This document shows, in pieces, positions 54,595 through 64,000 of a stretch of 64,000 nucleotides of DNA. Location of the stretch: positions 868,001-932,000 of the forward strand of contig OZ025786.1 in the NCBI GenBank assembly GCA_964019425.1. Direction: 5' to 3'. Source of the stretch: Flectonema sp. DT1601 (lineage: Eukaryota). The notes under the pieces were generated by a model. The model was not told the origin of the DNA, did not search any database, and was given only the letters and a program-made list of their open reading frames with translations. Position 1 is the first letter of the stretch. Every line of letters starts with the position of its first letter. The translations under genes and the position numbers were made by a program.

Positions 54595-55042
54595 TTTATT
54601 AGATTAGATAAGGTGAAAAACCTAAATTAAAAAAACATAATATTACGTCATATTGAAACTAAACAAAGCACAAAAAGAATACTAACTTAACACAGACCTG
54701 CTTCATTGGTGTTGCTGTGGGAGAAGAAATAACTCTGAGAGAAACATCACAGGTCAGTCTCTTTGTCTTAATGTCGGTTCGTTCTTATTTCAGAGTTCTG
54801 AATGTACGCAAACACACAAACACACAACAGAATCCAATTAGTTAACAACGTTGTGGAATAAAAAAATAAAATAAATAAAAAGTAGGCTCCTCAAGCAGGT
54901 AACGCACGTCAGGTTCCATTATAAAACAAAGAGGGCATTGTGTAGTTGGGAGTGAAAAGAAAAAAAGTGTAGAGTTCGCTTTGTAATAGCAATATCACCA
55001 CCCTCTTGTATAAATCTTTTTCGGGTGGTTTTTTTTTTGAGT

Positions 55043-55079
<37 letters not shown>

Positions 55080-55086
55080 ATACAAC

Positions 55087-55537
55087 AGGGGGGTTAACTG
55101 TTCGATTTTGTATGCAAAATACAAATGTTAACATTAGTTTTAGATACAGTGACTAAGGTAATGTTAGTGTATACACTCTGTGATTGACGTAATACTTTAC
55201 AACAAATGTTTCTAACTTAGCTGCATACACATCTCTTTTTCCGTGTTGTCATTCAGTGCAGTACGGAATCGAGTTATTCAATTACGAATTAATCGTGAGC
55301 CCTGGGAAACCAAAACCAGGGTATAATGTAATACGGCAGAGTGTAGGTTTCACACACAAATTACTTGCTTAAATCAACAATTCTTTGGAAAAAATAGGGG
55401 TGAAACTTTGACAATGTAAAAACAGTAACAACTTTAGGAAAAAAATAGGGGGCTTAACTTAGCCTTTTAAGGAACTATTAGGTTTCGAGAGTAATCCATA
55501 TTCTTACCTCTATTCTCCCTTATGGTGTAGAAGCAAG
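55087..55537. repeat. Dispersed repeat family X
   Basis: Matches 38637-39007 and 1355-1407. Confidence 0.85.
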
Positions 55538-56328
55538 TAAGTCAACCATTGACTGAAGTATTCTAGTTAGTATTAATAATTATCAGCTCAAAAAAAAGCA
55601 AAATTTCGTAGAACAACAAACAAGTTGGTTTCGCCCTAAGATTAAAAAAAATCTTTCTTCGGACTATTCCCCTTACCCAGCCCTCCTCAGCGAAGAAAGC
55701 AAGGGGGACACTGCGGTGTCAGACCTGTCCTACTCATCGCGTTTGCCCTTCTCAGACTGAAGCTAGTTAACAATGTAGTTACTTAATAATATTATAAAGA
55801 AAACATTCTTATCGATTAGTTCGTAGCGCACCATTAGTGGAGCACTCTTCTAGAAAGTATAAGATGATTAATTGTCAAATATAAAAGGGGAAACACACAA
55901 GAACCACACACGCTGACGCATAATAGCCAAGCTTCAGCCTAAGGCTGGGCAGTACATCGAAAATTGTAGGTGACTATTAGGCTTTTGGTTTTGAAGTTAG
56001 TAGCGGGTTGAATACTCTTCCTTGTCCTGTTTTAATGGCAAGGAAGACTGAAAAAGTAAAATCGATGAGGGAATAGGAAGACGCAATAAATCAGAAAAGG
56101 TCTCACTAACGTGTAAAGTAAAAGGGATTGGAATTATTTTTTATTTATTTTTTTCATTATTTCTACTGCCAAGCAGTTTTTTTTGTTCGAGATGAAGAAT
56201 AGAATATTAGATACAGGTTATGAGGAAAAGGGTTTTTTCTGGAAAAAAGAAAAGAAAGAAAGGGGAAAAAAAAGAAAAAAAAAAGAGCGAAACAAATCTT
56301 AGAGTCCAGGTGTTAATCACCAGACTAT

Positions 56329-56979
56329 TTAAACCGGTGGTATCTGTTTTCCTTTCTCTTTTGAGTATCTAACGAGAATAGAGTCTGCAATGCGTTGAAG
56401 AGATTTACTCCAAGTCAATGGTTGGATAGATGACCCTTTTGACCAAACTGTTGATGTGATTGATCGAATTGTGTGACAGAAATCACAGTTTCGATGAGAA
56501 GCTTTATTACGAGAACAGTCAGAACAAACTGATTGATAACAAGTTCTACAATGATGCTCTCTTTTGATCATCGTAAACGGTGAGAGACAAAGAGAACAGT
56601 TTTGAGTATGATGAGTTCCCTTTTCGAATAGTTTCTTCCGATGTAACGATGACTTTTTATCTATAACAGTTGGGGCTAATCTAACAAGCTGTTTATCAGT
56701 TGTTGTACTTGAATGAAGTCTTTCAATCTCATCTTTTAGTTCAGAACATTCCTCAAGAAGTTGTCGAAGAGCTAACTGATCTCGTTCGCTTCGTATCTTT
56801 AAATTGATATGACGTTCTTCAGCCATCCTTCCGACTTCTGCTCGGCATTTCCTCTCCGATGCTAATTCGTCATTTAGTAATGTTAATTGTTTTGTGAGAT
56901 CTCCAACGACACCACCACACCCACTACAACGAACCTCAACTTCACGACATTCGTCACAACTACAGCTGGTGATTACCAT
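56329..56979 (-). CDS. FYVE-like zinc finger protein with coiled coil
   Basis: CSLCLSPFTMIKREHHCRTCYQSVCSDCS...CDFC. Confidence 0.85.
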   Translation of the reverse strand: MVITSCSCDECREVEVRCSGCGGVVGDLTKQLTLLNDELASERKCRAEVGRMAEERHINLKIRSERDQLALRQLLEECSELKDEIERLHSSTTTDKQLVRLAPTVIDKKSSLHRKKLFEKGTHHTQNCSLCLSPFTMIKREHHCRTCYQSVCSDCSRNKASHRNCDFCHTIRSITSTVWSKGSSIQPLTWSKSLQRIADSILVRYSKEKGKQIPPV

Positions 56980-57626
56980 ATTATTAAAAGTGTTAAGGGG
57001 AAACTGTTAGTGGCATAAAAGAACTAAACTCAGTGTATCTAAATTAAAAAAAATTCACAAAAAGACAGAATTACTCACTTTTTTTTTTTTTTTTAAATGG
57101 TGTGGGTGGGTGGACCAGCAATAAGATGGAAGTCAGAATAGAAAAAAAAAGAAAAAAAAAACGATTACTATCGAAAACCGTACATCGCTTCAAGGTTTCG
57201 GGTTTGTTATTTTATGATTTTGCGTTGTATTTTTTTTTTTTTATTTTTTTTTTTTCGAGCTGGTCACTCCCCATTGCAGACAGTACTTCACTTTTCTTAA
57301 TCTTCATTTACTTCGAAAAGGGAGAAGCAGGGGGTTGAGGGGGGAAAAAAAAAAATGGTATGGGAGTGAAATAACTTTTCCAATTGTTGTAAAGATCCAA
57401 CCTACCGCACGTCTCTACATCAGCTGGAGTTCGATTTTTTTAATTTTTTTTTTAAAAAAAAATTAGTATGAAACAGGTGTTGTGTGTGCTTACTCTTTTC
57501 ACATGGTAACATGTCGGAAGACAGACTTTTTTATTATTTTTTTTTTTTTTTTTTTCCATAATTTTTTTTATTTTATTAACTTTTCAAAAAAAATAAAAAC
57601 AAAAAAAAAATAAAAGATTGGGAATT

Positions 57627-58097
57627 CTAGTTAATCTGAACACCCAACTCAGCGCAGATTACCTCCTGACCATATTCATTGTGTCCCTTCATGGCGATCT
57701 TGTAGCTTCCAGAAGGAGCAGCTCCTGGTAGCTTAACTGTCTTTACCATATTGAATGGACCTTCAGGGATTGGGCAGTGGATCTGTCCACACAAATCAAC
57801 ATCGTAGCTTCCCATTGGGATCATTCCGTAATGAACGTTAAGAGACATCTTGACAGCTCTCACAGTTTGGGTCATGGTACCGGTTAGGGTAACAGTGAAC
57901 TCATCTCCCTTTTTAATTGGGTATGGAACAACCTTTAATCCACTTGCTGCGTTGACCTTAAAGAGGTCAGCTCCCGCATGGCAAAGCTTTAAGTCAGGCT
58001 TTGTGCTTGAGCTTCCATGGTGTGGGTGAATCAGGTTTCCAATAAAACTTCCCTGAACGGAAGCAACAAGTAGGGAAAAGATAACAGCGCAACGCAT
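57627..58097 (-). CDS. Secreted ML-domain (NPC2 / PG-PI transfer protein-like) lipid-binding protein
   Basis: Signal peptide; PYPIKKG, DLC...CPIPEG, P..APSGSY, ICAE. Confidence 0.88.
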   Translation of the reverse strand: MRCAVIFSLLVASVQGSFIGNLIHPHHGSSSTKPDLKLCHAGADLFKVNAASGLKVVPYPIKKGDEFTVTLTGTMTQTVRAVKMSLNVHYGMIPMGSYDVDLCGQIHCPIPEGPFNMVKTVKLPGAAPSGSYKIAMKGHNEYGQEVICAELGVQIN

Positions 58098-58316
58098 TTT
58101 TTTTTTTTTTTTTTTTGGTTTGTTTTTTTAAAAGAGGTTGGTTTTGGCTGAATGGGGGTAATTTGATAAAATAAATAACAACAAAGAAATCCACTACGAA
58201 CGACAAATAAAAGCAGTAAGAACCGCATGACTACTAGCAATCACTGTGCTACCGAACGAATGTGTTTTAAAGAAAACAACAAACAGCTAAGACCGCAACC
58301 CAATCCTTAAAGATGA

Positions 58317-59414
58317 CTATCCATCCTTATTATGTAACACAAGAGGTGAATAGATATGAAGACTTCCAGACTCGTCACTAGAGGCGATTAGATTATTATC
58401 TCCCCAACTCAGTGCTGTTAACTTTGATTGATGACCAGCATGTTTGAAAATTAATTCAGTTGGGAGATCACCTTGTTGATTGACATGTGTAGTTGTCAAT
58501 GATAAATCCCATAAATAACAACAACCAGACAAGTCAGATGATACAATCAAAGAAGGGTCAGTCGGGTGCAATGAAATATTTGTGACTTCTGATCCATGAT
58601 CAAAACTAAGAAGGTGACCTCTTCCAGTGATTCTCGTATCCCAAATATACATTAAGTCACCACCAGTAACAACTAAACTACTATCTACACAACTCGATCG
58701 TACTGTTGTTAAAGACTTTCCAACTGGGGCACTGAACTCAGAACTTGCTTTTTGTGGACTTCGAATATCAACCAAATCTAAATTCCCTTCACTTGTCGTA
58801 CTGAACACCCAGGAAGGTTCTCCACCAGCAAAGCACACATCAGTGAAAAAACCAGTTGGAGGTTTTTTCATAAATACATGACTACTATTTCCTGAAATAT
58901 CCCAAGAATTGACTTGAGAGTCGGGAGTAGTATAAATGATTAACGAACCATTGATCTGTGCCGAAAGAGAGTTAGTCAGCTGTGAGGTTGTTGGATGTGA
59001 GTATCTCTGTAATGTGATGTTCTTCATCAGACAACTGTTCTGGATATCAGCTACGGTGACTCCCTCAGTAGTTTTAATGATTGCCACTCCAGGTGACGCT
59101 GGTGTCCTCGCGCATACTGCATTTATTATGGTTGATTCAATTTGAATGTGATTTTTATTTTTAATTATCCCAACTTCAGAGTTAGGAAATTCCTGTACTC
59201 TATCATTCTTCTTTGGAATTGATGTCTTTATCGTTATTAGAGATCCGTTAGTACTTCTTGGCCAGTTGTTTGATGCTGTCAGAATACAACCTTCTGACAT
59301 CCCTCCCTCTCCTCCCCAATCAAGACAAGGAGTTTGTCCGTCCAATTGAGAAACAATAATACTTTTATAAAGCCATGGGATATGAGTGTTCCACAATTCA
59401 GTTGGTGGTGGCAT
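58317..59414 (-). CDS. WD40 protein, RBBP4/MSI1-like
   Basis: W...PWLY, WD repeats, ELIFKHAGHQSKLTALSW. Confidence 0.82.
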   Translation of the reverse strand: MPPPTELWNTHIPWLYKSIIVSQLDGQTPCLDWGGEGGMSEGCILTASNNWPRSTNGSLITIKTSIPKKNDRVQEFPNSEVGIIKNKNHIQIESTIINAVCARTPASPGVAIIKTTEGVTVADIQNSCLMKNITLQRYSHPTTSQLTNSLSAQINGSLIIYTTPDSQVNSWDISGNSSHVFMKKPPTGFFTDVCFAGGEPSWVFSTTSEGNLDLVDIRSPQKASSEFSAPVGKSLTTVRSSCVDSSLVVTGGDLMYIWDTRITGRGHLLSFDHGSEVTNISLHPTDPSLIVSSDLSGCCYLWDLSLTTTHVNQQGDLPTELIFKHAGHQSKLTALSWGDNNLIASSDESGSLHIYSPLVLHNKDG

Positions 59415-60020
59415 CCTGTTTATTGATGAGACGGTCTGTAAAAATAAATTAAAAATATTATGAAAACGTAAAAAACGTTGTTATAATTTCAGAACTACAA
59501 TCATGAAAGTGTTGCTGTTGAAGTACAAATTTAATCACGTCGTTGTCGTTGTTTTTTGTAGTTTTTTTCTTCTATTTTAAAAACCAAATATACAACTAAC
59601 GTATTTCTATAATAATGAAAACAGGAAGGGATGTCAGCAGCGCTAAAACAGCGAATTCAGAACGCGAGAATTTAAAAAAATCGTGTCTTTTTCTCTAAAT
59701 CTGGGAGTTTTTTTTTTCTTGTTTTTCTTTTTTTTTTTTTTTTTTTTTTCCGTTCTTCTAAAAGAGACTTTGAATTTTACAGGTCAATCAAGATAAAATA
59801 GCACAACTGTGAAGCGCGCATTTTATTTTATTTTATTTTTTTTTGTCAGTTTAAGTTTTCAGTCTTCAACAGGACCAACACAACACATCTTCTGCGTAAT
59901 GCCCTCCTTTCGATTACAGAGAATGCACAATAAAAAGCAGAATAGTTAAACCTTGCTATCTAACTTCAGATGTCATTAATTTCATTTTATTTTATTTCTT
60001 TCTTTTTTTTTATTTTTTGT

Positions 60021-63000
60021 TTAGTTTCCACTTTTTACAGGAAGGGAAACACTGAGTTGTATCGATCCGGTAGAACCTTGCAACGGATACCTGATTTAGT
60101 TGGTTTGTTTAATTTTTCAATTATAAACGTTACTTTGACATTACTAAGTGAAACAATAATTATAAGAATAGCAGTTAAAGTCGAAGAGGTAAATAAATAA
60201 AAAAAGAGAACAAATCACATACCAACTAGAGCGAGGAGGACCACCAACTGTAAGACCCTCAACCAACTCCGAATACGAAAACAGTAATTCCCCCATTTGA
60301 TCTTGAGAGAATAAATCTCTGTCAAAACATTTAATAAAAAGATAATCATCAGAAGAGATTCCACTGTAACGAAGTATCTCTCCCCAAGTTGGATTAGATG
60401 TGTTTGAGATGTATCGGGTACGACGTAGAGTCCCAGGTAGTGAGATCCATTGATTCTGATCATTCATTCTAACTAATTTAACTTCACAATAACAAGCAGG
60501 AGTAGGACCTTGAACACTGAGATCCTTACCACTGGAGATGATTACTTCTAATAATTGTGTATTTTGAGGATCTGATGTTATCCTAATAACTCCCTTATCA
60601 ATAAGAACACTTTGTCTTGATGGCTTTCGTACAACACATCCCCAAGTCTCTATTGATGATCCACTCCCTTTTTGAAATCTGACCCCACCACCAGCACCAG
60701 ACATCACGAGTACATTCTTACTAACAATCTGATATGGTCTACTCTGTTGGGTTGCTAATAAACTTTTTACGTTAATACTTTCATAGCTGGTCGGGTAGAT
60801 GGCTGATGAGGATTTACCTAAACGGGGTTTTTGAAGAAATTTAAACTGCAATTTTGAAATATCAGACACGGTGACCGTGACAACATAAGCCTTCGACACT
60901 GAATGATAGACTTGTGGAACTATATATGTTATTCCCTTTGGAAGAGTTATCCGAAGTGATATTGCAGAAGAAGCCTTATAAACACCTCCGTTTGATAAGC
61001 CACACAGTCCATGAGAACCGTCTCTCTGTGGGCACAACACACCCAACGATAATCCAGCGAAATAAGTATCCAGATCACACGACGGCAATCCCGCAGCATC
61101 CTTTTGATGCAAAGATATGACTGCCGAAATTGACTGGTTGTCTGATGTGACTTGTAATATGGTATCCGGGGTACCAGAATCAAAGTAGCCTGCTGCGGCG
61201 ACAGTGACACCAGGAATCGAACTGGATGAAAGAATAGTATATAATATATCGAAATTATTTGAGAAGTCTTCTAATGACATCCATGTCGATCCGTCTGCTA
61301 AGTCGACGTTACATTCAACGCTGACATCGGCAGTCCAAAGAGGGCTGTGGGCTGACCAATCGCCAGACCAGTTTGATGATGAAAGGGATCGTAGTCTTAC
61401 TAATTTGACAGGAAGAGTTTTTAGTTCTTTAGTCTCAAGAATAACAAAATGAGAATTAGGAACTAATCCGCTATCACTCCTCTCACCAGATGCAATCTTC
61501 GCAAATGAAACATCATTTCCGACCTCCCTCATGATATTCCATAATGTGTTGATACTTTTATCAGGAATTGTTCGTTCTTCACAATGACTTCCGCACAAAT
61601 CCTCAAGTATTTCAGGCATCGTACAGGTTTGTAGAGCATCGTATGTTCCTTTTAGTTTAGCTAAGGCCTTCTCAATTGGGGCACACCAATTGACATCTTG
61701 TCCAACTGGTTGAGCGTACATTGCTTCACCAGAAACGTTAATTGGAAAGTAATTATCAATCGTGACTGGATGAGTCCATCCGTTTTGTCTCAAAACTATT
61801 TTAAATGAATTTTCAGATGTCGAAGTGATGATTGAATCGAATTTCGATTTTAATGCTGTGCTGCAAAGTGACAAAGCTTCACAAACTGACAAACTTGACA
61901 ACGACCCTGGCAACACTATCTGTGAAGTTGATGACGACAGTGAGACAGTTGTAGGTAAAGTTCTCCATGCCCATATAGCAGCTGAGTGCAAGTGGTAATT
62001 TACACACCAGTCTCGTGTAAGTGATGACACCATCGGTGGAAACGTTAAGTCAACAAACGGAATTTGATGTTGTTGACAAAGTTCTTGAATAGCACCAGCA
62101 GTGAGTAATCCTAAAGGTTTAATCTTTTTTCTTATGACGTTCATGTCGTTTAGTATTTCTTCAGATGGACCTCTCGGGAGTTTAGCTGAGCTGTCAACAA
62201 CTCCATAACTGAGGGACATCTTACTGCTCGAGGTGTTACCGTCTACGAATATCTTGGTCTCACCAGGTAATACTGATATACCAAAGTCTCCAGGTGCTCG
62301 TTCAAATGCTGACGGAGAAACTGTTTTAACAATACTCCCATCACTAAATATATATCTTAAGTTATACTGCGTATCAGGAGAATAGTTATGGAATGCCAAT
62401 GCCGTACCACCATTAACCGACTGTGTAAGAATACTACATAGGCCATGAGTCACATCTTTTCTCTCACCCGATAGGATCAACGGAGGAACTTCTACGTCAG
62501 TCGAAAGATCAATTTCAGAATTGTGCATTGGAGCAATACAAGGATGAATATTATTTATTAATTTCTTTCTCTGATTTAATGATGTCTTCCAGTGTGAACA
62601 AGCATCTTGATCTACAGGTGGATCAGTTGAACGACCTGATAGTGAAAGTGTTGGCTTTGGTTCAACCATAAGTGAATCACCTCCTGTTTGATCAGGTCGG
62701 CGGGTTGTTCTTTTAGCGAAAGAGCTCTTTGAAGTTGAACGATAAATTGGTTGTCGAGGAGGTTCAGGACTGGCTGAGATTGAAAAAGTTCTTTCTGGAG
62801 TACGACTTCTTGAAGCAGAACGTCTACTAGCAGTCGGTGATACAACTGATGGTTTACGAGGACCTGCAGCAACTCTTCCAACTACTCTAACACCAGAAGG
62901 TAGAGCTCCTATCCTTGAAGAGCTACTTGTTGGTACAGAAGTCTGATATTTAACTCCACTCTTATCATTTGGACTCGGTACTTCTGACACTACATCACCA

Positions 63001-64000
63001 CTTGGTGAGACTGATGGTTTCACTGCAGTCACATTAGAACTGCTAACTGTGTGAGAGTAACTCGGCTGTTGATGAGGAGGTGTAACTGGTGGAAGACCAC
63101 TGCCATCAGTAGCTTGAGGTTGAGAATTATATTTCAGTAATAGGTTTGCCTTTTGCTGCGCAAATTCCTGTTTCCCGACACTAAAATCATGTTTTAACTC
63201 AGCCAATTCACGCTCAAGACGATGAACAATCGACTGCTTGTCCTCCAACTGCTGTTGTTGTTGTCGGATCACGGCATCCTTCTCAGTGATCGTACTTCGC
63301 TGCTCCTTAATCAGAGCCTCCCTTTCTTGTAATAATTCTTTTAGTCTTGTTATCTCTTCAGATTCAACAGGGACACTCGTATACTGAGGTTTTATGTCTT
63401 CGCTTGATTTAGATCGCGTCTCTTCCACGACAATTTTTTCATCGAATTCTCTTCTAGGACTGACTGGAATGCTGGTGTAATGTGGTTTTGAACGGATGGT
63501 TTCTTGTTCTGGGAGTAGGTCTGCGACAGGCATACTAGTGTACTGAGGCTTAACATGTGCTGTGTCAACATCACCAATCGGAACACTCGAATAGCTGGGC
63601 TTTTGATGAATTGTAGAACGCAACTCATCATCTAATTGTGTAGCAACGTTAGGACTCACTGAAACGTGTCTTTCGTATTGAGGTGCACTCACGTAATCGC
63701 TGGTTACGACTCTTGAACTCGAACTCGGTATTTCTGCAGAACTACTTATCTGTCCTGCTGGACTAGTTGATACGAGTCGTTCATTAGAACTTGGAAGTAA
63801 TTGTTTGTAAATATAATTATTGACCCTGTCATCACTACCAGTGGAATACAACGCTTGCTGATTACTCAAAGAAACAGAACCAACATTATCATAAGTAGAC
63901 GTCACAGGACTCGGTGATGTCTGACGCTCAATGAAAGTTTGTGGTAGAGGTTGCCGAACTGGACTTTGTGATTTATGACTTCCATCAATTAGTGTTTGTA
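60021..64000 (-). CDS. Calpain-like protein (DUF1935-like module, degenerate CysPc, domain III, C2); 5' end outside the window; intron 60091-60222
   Basis: AFHNYS...VLPGETKIFVDG; FVDLTFPP, IDNYFP, IEKALAKLKGTY, WSGDWS, WMSLEDF; C2 NPTWGE..CFDRDLFSQDQMG; last exon YPLQGSTGSIQLSV..GN*. Confidence 0.88.

Noticed and set aside
2563..60222. Excess of introns with length divisible by 3 (63, 69, 93, 132, 132, 231)
   Set aside because: Small sample, counter-examples exist (59 nt and probably the eIF4E introns), and in-frame introns are easier to spot by eye

Overview
AT-rich eukaryotic genomic DNA, most likely a euglenozoan protist (diplomemid/diplonemid-like by inference: calpain with a DUF1935-like module, all host genes co-oriented on the minus strand, sparse short GT-AG introns, long poly-A/T spacers). 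About 22 host genes are present. They include an eIF4E fused to two eIF2A/PYM-like C-terminal motifs, cyclophilin A, a PPP phosphatase, a CFAP77-like gene, a RING/TRAF protein, a SHIPPO-repeat protein, a transglutaminase-like protein, an atypical TERT, two tandem RPS6 genes, FYVE, ML-domain and WD40 proteins, and a pseudo-calpain-C2. The most notable region is 39.0-49.6 kb: a head-to-tail stack of poly(A)-terminated retro-units, all on the minus strand, ending head-to-head at a tRNA-Pro(TGG). The stack holds an intact LINE (ORF1 + APE-RT-RNaseH ORF2), a 5'-truncated sister copy, and an intact GC-rich 991-aa ORF combining a USP deubiquitinase, two RNase H1 hybrid-binding domains, two degenerate RNase H-like repeats and a Zn finger. 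Also present are an 18S rRNA fragment, a SYF1 pseudogene fragment, a MULE remnant and dispersed repeats. All assignments come from reading motifs by eye; no searches were run.
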